A stretch of 64,000 nucleotides of DNA from assembly GCA_951406725.2 (NCBI GenBank), contig OX597814.1, positions 137,826,001-137,890,000 of the forward strand. The letters are read 5' to 3'. The stretch is from Octopus vulgaris (lineage: Eukaryota). The notes under the pieces were generated by a model. That model did no database searches and was not told the DNA's origin. It saw nothing but the letters and a program-made list of their open reading frames with translations. A program made the position numbers and the translations under genes. How positions within the stretch are numbered: the first letter of the stretch is position 1; the number at the start of each line of letters is the position of its first letter. Of this stretch, positions 51,011-64,000 are shown piece after piece.

Positions 51011-54000
51011 ATTATTTTTTAATGAAAAGAAAACACTGATTGCTTTTACTCAGCAGATATGATTCAACACCGTCCATTGGACGGGGGGCGTTTTGCTCGT
51101 ATAATATATAAGTATGTATGTATGACATACATATGTATATGCATACATGCACACAAACAAACACACATACACACACACGAAAGTGAAGCGAATTGGTCTC
51201 AACCAGGAATCGAAACTGTTTCACGGATATAGCAGTTAATGACACTTAAATTTTTTTTTTTTCACAATTTTGACAATACGTCAATGTAAATGGAATTGAC
51301 TAATCTCTAATTGCTTTTCATTCACCAACAGAAAAATGGTTTCATCTTTGAATAAACAAGCTTACAATATAAATAGTCGTTTTCCTTACATTAATGTAAA
51401 ATTCTGACGAGTTAAACCATATATCCGGTTGTGTGATTTTGTATTACTTATTTTTTCAGATTTACATTGACGACTAAGGTAAACGTCAGTTTTTCTTTTT
51501 TTAATACAAAACTTCATTCTTTTCAAACATTAACCTGCATCTATTCAAATTAAACAGCATATATATTTTCCCATGCGGCTAACCCTGTTGCCAGACTTAC
51601 AGATACTTAGAAATATATTAAGGTTACCTTTTTTTTTTTCCTCACGAATACTTATTGTAAAATGGCTGGACGAAACTTTGGAAATTAACTTCTCACAATA
51701 TTTTCAAAATCCCTAGCGAATTAACTTTTTGCTAAGCTACCGTCAGTCGGGTTGGGGATCTCCTCAAAGGTTGAGAGCTGCTACAAACGCCATGTAAACC
51801 AAAACTACCAGTTCCATGGTTAGCGACTAACCTGACTCCCCCGATTTGAGTAGCTTGGTACTCTTGTGTGGAGGTTGTTTGGACACCGAGCAGAACTAAT
51901 TTCAAGACCTGTGAACGAGCGCCTTGTGGGCTAACGGTCATTCAGTTGGATAAGGCATTGGAGAACCACCCTACTATCTCTGCCAAGAAGACGCTACGTG
52001 GAAGTCAGAAAGAAATAACGGTATGGCTTCATCTGATAGCAGAACTCTCGACGGTTTCTTTATTAGCTGCAAGGGCCCAAATATAAAGGGGGACAAACAA
52101 GGACAGACAGGTCACCACAGAGGGGACAATACATAGAACGAATATGATGAGATGATTATACAATAATAGGGTTATGAATGGCTGCATGCGCCCCTCATCA
52201 CATGCCTTACCATTAATCTTTTTAAACTGTCCGTTTTTATCATGTATATACATAACAATTAATTATCGTCTATCATTACAATTATTTGAACCATTATATG
52301 TTCTATTGTCCGATATTATTAAACCTAACATAAAACACTTTTTCTTTTTCCTGTCGATTTGACATACTTAACGATAGCAGAACTCTCGCATAATCGTTGT
52401 AGTGTCATCAACGCTCTGCAAAAAAAAAAAAAAATTTAAATGACGACGACTGGCCGAAAGATTCGGAGTCTTTCATACCAGAGGTGTCGCTCTGTTTTGT
52501 CTTTGCGTTACTGGTAGTATAACTGACGCGCAATGCATTTTTTTTTATATATAAAGTTGCATTCCATTCCTCTGAGCCCTAAATGACTCTATAAATCAAC
52601 GGTGGTGTCAGCTCACGTTTAGCTAACTACCATTCACATCGTTAGGTAAGAGGGCAAGTAAGTGATGTTGACCAATGGGGCTGTTAACATCGCTTTCATG
52701 ACTCATTTTCACCATTTTTTTCCTTATCATACGCTTATGGTTTTTTTTTTCTTTGTGTTTTGTGTCTTCATGTATTGTAATTTCCCACCTTTATGGTGAA
52801 TAAAAAAAAAAATCACCATTCACATCGTTAATTTTCTTTTGCTTATGGCCATTAGTTGTCATTATGCCTTAATGTTTTCTTTTTCAGTCGTTTTCTATTT
52901 CAAAGTATTTTCATAGTAAGCCCCATTCCCCCCCCCCTATCTACTTCCCTTTCCCCGACTAAAAAGCATTTAAAAATTTCACGTTAAATTACCAGTCAAT
53001 ATTATTGAAAACCTGGAATAAAACTGAATATCTCCTTTCTTCATTTGTAGCCCTGAACAAAACGAAATTTTATTAGCAAGTATTGCGTGCTAACATAAAC
53101 AGTTTTCCCAGTAAACATGGCTTCTGGATTTTCGGTTCGTATTCTAAAATATTTTCTCTGAATATTATAATGGGTGAAACTATACGATACATACTCGATA
53201 CCACAGCAGGGATCGGAATGAAGACTAAGTTTTTATCGTGTGCTTGAAATCCATTTATCAATTGCCGACTTTTTTCATTTCTTTTAAATATCAGTTAAAA
53301 TATCTAAGCATGTGCAAAATTGAGTTTTCCCACATATTCGTTCAAGTGTGGAATTTTTTCACCTAACTTCTTTTTTTTTTTTTTTTTGCACCCTCCCCTC
53401 CATTTCAAGAGCTCGGATTTTTTTTTAGCATTAAAGATTTACGCTAAACTTAAACAACTTTTTTAATTTTAAAAAAAAAGTGAAACTAAAGGCTGTAAAT
53501 ATTTATAGCTGCAGCAATTACCCGTATGTAATAAGCTTTGATCTTTCATGAAACTTCGCTATTTTTCAATCTTGACCAGACTTCAGTCATCCAGATGCAA
53601 TACATAGTCTCGCACCCGGACCTCTCCTTTGTGTGTGCATATACATACGGCGGGCGTCTTTCGGTTTCCGTTTACCAAATCCACTCAAGCTTTGGTCAAC
53701 GCGAGGCTCTAGTAAAATACTTGTTTCTCAACCACATGGCTCCTTGGGCAAGCTTCCAATCGCATAGTTTCATGTGACTTTTAGCATTTTACTAGATTGT
53801 TATAATTGATCCCTAAAAGAGGGAGAAGTACTTGTCTTAATTTTTGGAAAGAGGTTCCGGACATGTTAAGCTTAGGACGTTGGATTCAAGGAGCTGAGTC
53901 TATCTGCATAAAATTTTAACTACGTTGTTATTTGAGGGCTTAGTATGAATCGAAGCCTAAACTAATTGAATTTTGTTTAAAGTGAACCAATATGTCGCTC

Positions 54001-56112
54001 ACTTTAGAGTATTTTATTTAATGTATCAGAAGTGCTTTATAAAATCTTAACTGAAAAATTTCTATCGATCACTGGATTTTAAAAACTGAATTCATGTTGA
54101 GAATTATTTCCGTTCTTACTCTAGGAGTCCATTTAACTGGGCGGGGTATATAAACACGTGATCGACATCGTGTTATAAATCGCTAGTCACAATGCATTTT
54201 GCATCGCTTTAGCTTTCCAGCGATGTCACCCCGCTGGCTAGGTGAGCAGACAAGATACCCTATGATCGGAAGGCTAGTCTGTGACAGGATTGCTCATTTT
54301 CATCTGGGTGGACTGGAGTAACGTGAAATGAAGTGTTTTTCTTAAGAGCACAATACGCACGCAACTCGGTCTGGGAATCGAACCCACGATTGTTACTTAC
54401 TCGCTCAACTTCAAGAAGTAATCAATTGGATTCGTTAACCCAAATCAGTTGGTCACCCAATCTGTATAATTCATTGATTCAATAATCCCGCGTTCGGAAT
54501 AGGATTGGTTTCCTTGAATTGTATGAGCATTCACTTGTGTTCCTACACTACAGTTTGTGTATTATAGGTTTTACGTGTTGAAATAATTTTTTTCTGTATC
54601 ACAATTACTGTTCCTGCTGTTAACAATGATAGCGATACATTCAGCGAGGAACAGCCCCTATTTGGTGACTAGGGTTAAAGTAGGTCGATGGTTATTTTTC
54701 TCCTAATGACGTAATTATATCAAATCAGTTCAAACTTCTCAAAATAAACATATGCTTAATCTGAAAGTTTAACTGTTACATAGTCCAAATATACTGTGTT
54801 TATATTTTGGATTATATTTATGCATTGGATGGAGCTTTACAATTTTCAGTTGCAGTGAACCATCAAAAATTTTGAAGAGAAATTAAAACCCAAAGGGATG
54901 AGTACATACTTGACACATCCGACCGTTTCCGAGTGGCAGTCATAAATTTACCTGCGTTTTCTTACTAGATCATAGTTGAGATTTTAACTCCTTTCAGTTT
55001 TGGCACCTTCAAATGAGGCATGTTTTCTTTGAATTATGCTGTGTTTGTATGTAAATGTATTTGTTTATACGTTATGCTCATAACAAATTAATGGTACTGA
55101 ACAGTTTCATACTAATAAACTAGAATTGAGATAAATTGGCAATCATCGGAGATAAATGAATGGAAAAGTATGGCTTGCGCTGTTTGTTACAAGAACTTGT
55201 TTTATATGAAATAGTTTTGTGCTTGGATACATGTCTTTATGTAATATCACCGAAACTCTGATCTGGAAGGTATCGGTGACTAGCACGATAGGGGGTCTAC
55301 ATAAGTAGAATTAATTTATACGACGCACTTGTAGCTATCCATATCTTAATGGCAGTATTTTAAAAACCAACATTTAGAATATCAATATTCATATTCCTAT
55401 AGAATTATAATTCGCCGATTCAGCCGTGATTCTTTCGGAATAGTCTTGGTTGTCTTGAATCAAGTTCAATATCTAATGGATAATTTACACGCATACGTGT
55501 GATATGTCTGTCATTGGTCTGTGATCAGTCTATGCCACCGCCTTCATGTATTTAGTCTAACACATCTGCCTCAGTTAAGCCCGGTAATTATTCTATCTGC
55601 TGCTTTTGACCGGGTGCACGTTAACACTATAATCAATAGTGGGTGACGGCTACACCTTTATATGTAATCGGTATGTTATATAGTTATAACAGTTAATGGG
55701 TGGGGAAAATATTGGAAATGACAGATTAACATACAAAACCTATCGAAAGGGACCATATTCCTTTGAATTACATTGCAACTAGAACAGGTTTTATGGAATA
55801 TACTCTTGTCGAGACTATCCGGGAAGTTGAGAAAAACTTATTAAAAGGCTATAAAAGCTGGAGGTAAAAATTTTCAAATATTTACCATCTATTAATATTC
55901 CTACTCATTGAAGCTGTAAAGATATTTAACTGCTCCTCCTCCATACTTTCCCTCGCTCCAACTTATTTTTGTTTTTCTTTTGTATGAGGCTTGCATCCCT
56001 TCAGTCTGTTATGGGCTACAAGCTTTACACCAACGTTCAAATAGATTAAATAGTATGTGCATATTATATTTAATGTATACCTCTTTGAGATTTTGTGTAT
56101 TGTTTCTTTCAG

Positions 56113-56439
56113 GTTAAGATATATCGTTCCCCCCGCGCACGTCAAACTACTCGAAGTGATGGCTCAAAGAAGTGTGTCGCATGTAGTTCCAAGATCGTTT
56201 ATATGGGATTCTTGTCAGAAAGTTCACGGAACAGTGCAGCGGTCAAATCACGTAATGACTGTCCCCTTCATGGTAGAAGGGAGGAGATGCAACCCAGCAT
56301 TGTCTCTTCTATTTACAATGGTGGAGGGGACAATATCTGTTCAATCTGCTGTGACAGTTTTCGCATGGGCGAAAATATGGAAATTCTCTCTGCTTGTTTG
56401 CATAAATACCACTCACCTTGCCTAGCTGAGTGGTTAAAA
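56113..56439 (+). CDS. Penultimate coding exon of a RING-H2 finger protein (putative E3 ubiquitin ligase)
   Basis: Acceptor TGTTTCTTTCAG, donor AAA|GTAAGC, 327 nt in phase 0, encodes CSICCDSF...ACLHKYHSPCLAEWLK. Confidence 0.88.
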
Positions 56440-57049
56440 GTAAGCGATCGTTTTGTTAATCATTTTATCTGGTGAGCTGTTATGTAGGACTGCTTCAAGT
56501 GCTTGCGGTTTCGAGAGTCGAGGACATAGTTTAGTGAATGAGGCTGAGATTAACTGGATTTAGTGCATTGCAGAAATTTTCATCCTAGTGATTCTGAGTT
56601 CTTTAGAGCTTTGGCAGAACACAATAACACAGAGAAACAATGACAACGGAGTTGGGATGGCATGCAACCAACAAATTCTACAAAATCCATCCATTCTTCA
56701 TTAATAACAGAAGACGCAGTGGGGTGGACAAGATTCAAACAACGAATTTGTAACTTTTGTTTAAAAGATCAGTATTTATCGTGGTAGTGTTGGGTAGAAT
56801 TTTCGTATCACTGGTGGGTTACGAATAGAGCAGTTTCTGCCAAATAACTGATTCCCAGTACAATGTTTGCAATTTAGTATGTGAAGGTATTGGACCCAAT
56901 TTTAATACCTCAGCAAAGGTTGCCTCGAGGCTTTACATGAAAATTTAATTCTGTAAAATCCCTTGGACTAGAAATGTTGTCATTGGTTAAGAGGCTGCAA
57001 TTTTGGACAAGTGATCAAACGATATTCCCATGTTTATTTCGATTTATAT

Positions 57050-57402
57050 ATTTACTTGTTTGTCATTTGACTGCGGCCATGCTGGGGCACCGCCTTTAGT
57101 CGAGCAAATCTACTCCGGGACTTATTCTTTGTAAGCCTAGTACTTATTCTATCGCTTTCTTTTGCCGAACCGCTAAGTTACGGACAGAAACGCACCAGCA
57201 TCGGTTGCTAAGTAATGCTAGGAGACAAACATACATGTATACGACGGGCTTCTTTCAGTTTCCAACTACCAAATCCCCTCACAAGACTTTAGTCGGCCCT
57301 TTGGTAGGCTATAGTAGAAGACACTTGCCAAGGATGCCACGCAATGGGACTGAACCCGGAACCTTGTGGTTGGAAAGGAAGCTACTTACGACACTGCGCC
57401 TA
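57050..57402 (-). mobile_element. Intronic SINE family B
   Basis: Full-length match to family B; a further + copy at ~58465-58840. Confidence 0.8.
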
Positions 57403-57982
57403 TGATTTACAAATTATTTTTTAAATTTGAAAATATTTCTGTGGCGACGTAATACTCAAAGCTCTACAATATGCAAGAGATTGTTCTTTTTCTGACAAAT
57501 CAGTTATAAGCATAATAGAACAAAGCAGATTATTATATAGACATTAAAACAAAGGGATTAACTTTCTCGAGCATTTAAAAACTTCATATAAGGACAGGTA
57601 AGAGCGCATTTCGTTGAATACCGACAATGTTCTGTGTGAAATCTAAGTTGACTTCACTATGATGTTCACTTTGCCGACCGTTTTATAAATTTGGACAAGA
57701 CTTCTAGAAATTTAAAAATAAAGCTTGACGGGGAAACCAACATCAATTTAGCTGATGTCTGCCGCCATTGACTGATATAGTCAATATATCGGGTGGTAAA
57801 CATTTACTTGGGCCTTCTGCTCTCTCAAGGCCGTTTATTTCTTTTGCGGCATTATGATTAGGCTTTGGTTCTAAACTGGAAATGTTAGCTAGGTGGTTCG
57901 AATCGAAGCAGAAACTTGTAACAATCTCAATCATTTGGATGATTCATAACGAATTCACGCTTTTTCTTTTCTTCTTTTCCAG

Positions 57983-58021
57983 AAGAAACGAAACTGCCCA
58001 ACTTGCCGATCGAAATGTTAA
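57983..58021 (+). CDS. Last coding exon of the RING-H2 protein (KKRNCPTCRSKC*)
   Basis: Long polypyrimidine tract plus CAG acceptor; supplies the final CPxC pair of the RING in frame. Confidence 0.88.
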   Translation, partial: KKRNCPTCRSKC

Positions 58022-58120
58022 TAACTTCGAACACTTGCGGAATATTAGATATTCTAATTCTCACGAACTTTTTATGATTTTGTTTTCGATGCTTTGTTGT
58101 AAATATTTTAAAATTTTCGA

Positions 58121-58126
58121 AATAAA
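58121..58126 (+). promoter_or_regulatory. Candidate polyadenylation signal AATAAA
   Basis: 100 nt after the RING gene stop codon and followed by T-rich sequence; the AT-rich background makes it uncertain. Confidence 0.35.
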
Positions 58127-60189
58127 TTTCTTTTAATTTTATTAAACATTTTAGTTTTTAATACCAACAAACGCTGTATTTTTACCAAAAAGGTTATATT
58201 TATCCCCACTTAAAAGTGAATGTTAGAACACAAAACTGCGATAGTTACCATAATAGAACCTATCGTATGAATTTGTGATGCATATAAATACGTTTATATC
58301 GCTAGCGGGAGATAATTCTCCGTCATCGCCGCCGGGACTACAAGATCACGTGATTTAGGTCTTTTGTCCTTGTCGACAGACGCCCGAAATCTGAAGATTG
58401 CGATTTCACCGCCAGCAACATACATAGTCAGTGCCTAATCACATTAGTTTTACAAATAGCCATACGTAGGAGTGGCTGTGTGGTAAGTAGTTTGCTTACG
58501 AACCACTTGGTTCCGGGTTCAGTCCCACTGCGTGGCACCTTGGTCAAGTGTCTTCTATAGCCTCGGGCCGACCAAAGCCTTGTGAGTGGATTTGGTAGAC
58601 GGAAACTGAAAGAAGCCCGTCGTATATATGTATATGCGTATATGTTTGTGTGTCTGTTTGTCCCCCCAACATCGCTTGACAACAGATGCTGGTGTGTTTA
58701 CGTCCTCGTAACTTAGCGGTTCGGCAAAAGAGACCGATAGAATAAGTACTAGGCTTACAAAAGAATAAGTTCCGGGGTCGAGTTGCTCGATTAAAGGCGG
58801 TGCTCCAGCATGGCCGTAGTCTAATGACTGAAACAAGTCACTGAGCTTATTAAAAAGTGAGTTCGTTGTAAATGCTTTGTAAATATTAAAATTTTCGAAG
58901 CGAACTTCTAATAATAAAGACATTTTTAATAGCGACAAGCTGTATTAACAAAAGGTAGGTTATCCCCACTTATAAGTAGATGTTAGAAAATACTGCGATA
59001 GTAATCATTAATAGAACCTCTTGAATTTTGTTCACAAGGATTCCAAGTCTCGAATATCTAAGTGGTTGTATTTGGGGAGAGAGGAAGATGTCACGGTTTG
59101 AGCTTTCTATTAGTAACTAGACTACTCGTAACTCGTCGGGTTACCGGAAAACTCAGCTTCCCGGCGACGGAATTTTGTTTTGTGGAGTTTTCCGAGTAAT
59201 TTCGCATTCTTTCAACAAATGTTACATCGAAATCACACGGAAACGGCTCCTTTCTCCAGAAAAAGGATTTGGCTATTTCTTGCACGCCCTGCTACCATGT
59301 AACGGGTATTTCGGGTCATTTATTGCAAATAGCTGTTATGTGGTAGCAGGCCGTGCTAGAAATATCAGCCAAATATTTGGATGTGCGATACGTTGAATGC
59401 ACTTGAAAAAAACCTATGGAAATGAAAAAAAAATTCATACCTAGTATACGAACGGGTCTTTTACGAAATATTTACCGTATGTTTTTAGTCATTTTTCACT
59501 TTCAACTATTTTAATATGGCAAAAATTTTGTAATGGTATTCACTTGAAAATAATGTAAAAACCTATGTTGAAAGAAAGCTAAGATATAAATACTGTACGA
59601 AGAACTTATATTTTGAAATCACATTCACTTAAAAATATTTCTGAATGATTAAAATATTGACAACATACCACCACTTTATCGTGTTATTACTGTATAAATC
59701 TGAGATTTAGAAATGTATTATTTAGATTAAAAAGCGAAAATAGAAACATTTACTGTAAAAAAAAAAAAAAAATAAAAAAAAAAAAAAATCTAATCTAAAG
59801 GTAAGTTGCTTCCCTTTCAGAAGAATTTTCCCCATTACGCACCGTTTTGGGTATTTATACCCAGAAAACAAGTATCTCAAGCAGTTGTCTGATTTACGCG
59901 AAACTTGTTTTATTCGGTTCGTATTCATATTTCAGGGGTACTTAATTCATAGTATTTTTCCTCATTATGCGCCAGTTTGGTTGGGTAACATTGCAAACAA
60001 GCAAGATTCAAGCTCACTTTTAACGTATTACAGACTAGTAGAGGCACCTGGCGTTGATTGGGAATGGAATTGTTCCTTATATATTAGGAAAAAGCAAAAT
60101 CTTTTGTATAGAAATTTATTCTAAATTTTTTTTTCTTTTTTAATTGAGATACATAAAATCAATTTTGAATTCATAACACAAATCGTTTC

Positions 60190-61050
60190 TATTATGGGCA
60201 CAAGGCCTGAAATTTGCGGGGAGCGGGTAAGTCGATTCTTCTAGCTCACCGCCTTAGTAATAATAATGAAAATAAAACGAATACAGGGCGGCGAGCTGGT
60301 TAAATGTTAGCACGCTGGGCGAAATATGTAGCTGTATTTCGTCTGCCGTTACGTTCTGAGTTCAAATTCCGCCGAGGTCGACTTTGCCTTTCATCCTTTA
60401 TTTGTCGATTAAATAAGTACCAGTTACGCACTGGGGTCGATATAATCGACTTAATCCGTTTGTCTGTCCTTGTTTGTCCTGTGTTTAGCCCCTTGTGGGT
60501 AGTAAAGAAATAAGTATTCCGTTTGTCTTTACGTTCAGAGTTCAAATTCCGCCGAGATCAGCTTTGTCTTGCATTCTTTCGGGTCGATAAATTAAGTACC
60601 AGTTGCGTACTGGGTCGTTCTAATCGACTAGCCCCCACCTCCAAAATTTCGGGCCTTATGTTTCGAGTAAAGAATAAAACGAATACAAAATTTACCATTT
60701 TTAGGAAGGAGATAAATTCTTTTCTACTCAAGGCACAAAGCCCGAAATTTTTGGGGAGGGGGCCAGTCGATTAGATCGGTCCCTCAGTACGGAACTGGTA
60801 CTTAATTTATCGACTCCGAAAGGATGAAAGGCAAAGTCGGTCTCAGCGGAATTTGAACTCAGAACGTGAAGACAGACGAATTACCTATTTCTTTACTACC
60901 CACAAGGGGCTACACAAAGAGAGGACAGACAAACGGATTAAGTCGATTACATCGACCCCCAGTGCGAATTTGAACTGAGAAAGTAAAGTCGGACGCAATG
61001 CCGCTAAACATCTTGACCGGCGTGCTAAAGATTCTGCCAGCTCGCCACCT
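60190..61050. mobile_element. Cluster of family C SINEs in both orientations
   Basis: + strand tandem at ~60288-60670 and minus-strand tandem at ~60715-61050. Confidence 0.8.
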
Positions 61051-62887
61051 TATGACACTAATATAAAATCATGAAAATGTTGATTTAGAATAGTTGTATA
61101 TGTAGTGGTTCACGTAGCAAATATTCGAACTTTGCTTTTGTTTCACTTTCCTCAACTTGTTCATTTTCGCGCATTTTTTCTGTGCCTGTTTTAGAACATC
61201 TCTATGGCGGGGTCATCGCTTGACACCCTTGTCCGCATTATTGGTAAATCTTCAACTGGCAGTTATGACTCGAAAGCATTTTTATTCTACTACATTGTAG
61301 TACAAGAATCGTATAGTATTTCCTTTTGCGTCACTCTAACGATTCTGCTAAACCACTGGCCGTTCATAGAATATAATAATTGTTTCTAATTTAGACATTA
61401 AGCTAGTAATTTTGTTAAGAGTTGGGTAGTCAATGTCATCGACTCCAGTATTTGACCAGTACTCTATTTTATCAATCCCGGAGGGAGGAAAGGCAAGGAT
61501 GGCCTCTACAGGATTTGAACACAAATCGTACAGCATACATTTTTTCCGACGTTAAAGTGATTCTGGGTCCTTTTCCGTTTTCTTCCAACTACTTGAAAAA
61601 TGTTCAATTCTTAGTGGCTTAAAAAATTCATTGGCTAAAAATACGTAACTTCAAATGTTTCTAACTTTTTATGATAAATTTTCCAAAATAACTAATGCGA
61701 TATTAGATATCCTGAAAATTTTCAGATTAAAATTTGTGGTTGACAGAAAACGAAAAAGATCCTCGTTCTGCTAATTCGCCGCCCGTAAGTATTATATAAC
61801 GATAATTAGCCAGAAGCCGTTGATAATAATCTGCCACTAGTAATGATAATTTACTAATGGCTAGCGTCAATATGAATTGAACTGGAAATATGGCTGTGTT
61901 GATGAGCCGTGAAATAACATACGTTTGTATATCTGGTAGATATTCGTTTGAGAAATAATTATATCCGATGAAGGTTTTCCTTTCACATTATAACACCATA
62001 CTCCACTTCTGAGGGTTAAGTGTCATCGTTAGTGACATAACTTCGATCACGAGGTAGGCCTGGCAACACTTAAGCTTTTACACGACTGTTTTAACTACCG
62101 GGCGACTATAATTCTTCTCGTATAGAAGTAATCTCAGGTTGCTGAAAATTTGTAACTACATACGTTATAACCTTTATTAAAGAGATTTCTCAGTCAATCA
62201 CAGCTATATTTCTACGTATTAATTTCCTTTTTGTCTTTGCTCAAACAAAAATGTGACCACGTAACCTTTTCTATCATTTTTTTTTAAACAACAGATAAAC
62301 AATAAAACGCAATGTGAAATAAGTAAAAATCACCTCTTTATTTTTTTCATTTGTTTTTCTAAACTACTCTTCTGCATGTTTCCCTAACAATATAATACAA
62401 ATATTATCAACGTACTTCGGGAAGTAATACAACTTCAGCAAATTAAATTGATTTCTCGGAGGAGAAAAGAAAACATCACATACAGTAATATCAACTACTC
62501 GTAGTTTGGGGATTTGGAGAGAGCCGACATACTGTCAAATTAATCCGTTTGTTGGTGATGTTTGACTTCACATCCGATGTAGCTGTAATGTTGAAGGGAA
62601 AAATATTCTGGTGATAAAATGACCTCCAATTTGTCTAAACTTACAAATTTCCAAAGGTCAAAAGTGAAATTATCGAAAAACATATCAGTTTATGGCAAAT
62701 GAAATTCTGAGAGAAACTGTGAATGTGGTGTTTCGGGGTTATTAAAGTGGAACACTAAAAATATAAAAAAAAATTCAACAACGGAAATAACAAAGCGGCA
62801 GCAATAATAAAACCTTTTACATAATAGCTATTGCATAACTCTAAGGATTAGAATTGGCATTACGGCATGAACGACGCATGTATATTT

Positions 62888-62959
<72 letters not shown>

Positions 62960-62961
<2 letters not shown>

Positions 62962-63140
62962 GGGAGAGTTTACGAAAAAAACAAAAGACGAAGACAGGTG
63001 GTGTAAAAAACAAACAGATGTATTAGTATAACGCCCAGGAATAGAAAAAGTCTTTTACGTTTCGAGCCTACGCTCTTCTACAGAAAGGGACCCAGAAAAA
63101 ACAAGGAGAGGAAAAAAAGGAGAGAAAAAATGCGTGTGTG
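62960..63140 (-). mobile_element. Short element carrying a hammerhead-like motif (A6U core variant)
   Basis: Minus strand 63087-63052: CTTT-CTGTAGA-A-GAGC(GTAG)GCTC-GAAAC-GT-A-AAAG; adjacent to (CA)n/(TA)n. Confidence 0.6.
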
Positions 63141-63820
63141 GGTACTATTATGTGTAAGAGATTGCTTCTGAAAAGTTTAATTGTAAGTATAGGTAAGTTT
63201 ATTATATACTTGAATATGTTTATACTTATTTGTAAGACAAATTCTTGTGTGCATCGGTGTGAATGTTTGTGTGTGACTATATCTGTATGACTCTCTCCAT
63301 TTAGAACTGATTATCGGAAGAAGGAGTACTCATATCATTGTACTTGACACGACCCGATACTTGCCTAAAGACCCTGTGCACCCAGGAGTGGAACTCAGAG
63401 TAGCAAGAGACTGATTTGACTGAAGTTATATATATACATATATAAAGTTAATCCAAACAAGAAAACACAAAAAAACACAGCAACGCGAGGACGTGGAACA
63501 AATAAAGTATTATTGGACGCTCAGGGAAGAAGGGGGGGGTTAACGTTTCGAGCCTCGTTAGGGATTATAAAATCGGAGATCAACTGGAGATATCGATTTA
63601 TATATTAAGAGAAAATTCCGCAATATATAGGGATAAACAGTCCAATATTGTGTTATTTTTTCCCCCTGAAAAATCTAGTCCCCTCTATACCCTTATTTGT
63701 TTCCTCTCTCAATTTTCTTCACTATATTCTACTTAAATGGTTATTTTATGTCTCTTAACATCTAAAAGTCCATTTTTCAAATATATCATAGTATTTTAGT
63801 AAGATTTCATTAGGTAATGT

Positions 63821-64000
63821 GGAGGCGCAATGGCCCAGTGGTTAGGGCAGCGGACTCGCGGTCATAGGATCGCGGTTTCGATTCCCAGACCGGGCGTTGT
63901 GAGTGTTTATTGAGCGAAAACACCTAAAGCTCCACGAGGCTCCGGCAAGGGATGGTGGTGATCCCGGCTGTACTCTTTCACCACAACTTTCTCTCACTCT
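63821..64000 (+). mobile_element. SINE family A, runs off the window end
   Basis: Same head and body as 1412-1707. Confidence 0.85.

Noticed and set aside
51730-52020. GC-richer segment faintly resembling an RTE 5' UTR or HDV-like ribozyme region
   Set aside because: Could not build the required pairings; too degenerate to call

Overview
AT-rich, microsatellite-dense eukaryotic DNA made almost entirely of transposable elements. The SINE families and repeat landscape resemble an octopus/cephalopod genome (inference). It contains at least four tRNA-derived SINE families, a decayed RTE LINE, RT-deleted RTE and R4/Dong-type elements, a CR1-like 3' fragment, Tc1 (DD36E), mariner and pogo-type remnants, several MITE/foldback and Helitron-like elements, and a direct plus inverted segmental duplication (30.5-41.5 kb). 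The only host gene I can support is the last two coding exons of a RING-H2 finger protein (56113-56439 and 57983-58021, + strand). The most notable signals are: (1) minimal type I hammerhead ribozyme motifs in short non-coding elements inserted into (TA)n tracts, one of them joined to a 1.6-kb copy of neighbouring DNA; (2) a 1.6-kb retroposon with a 15-bp TSD and no RT; (3) several retroelements that keep both ends but have lost RT. Most ORFs in the supplied track are microsatellite or SINE translations. Family assignments come from motif recognition only, and repeat boundaries are approximate unless a TSD or TIR is quoted.
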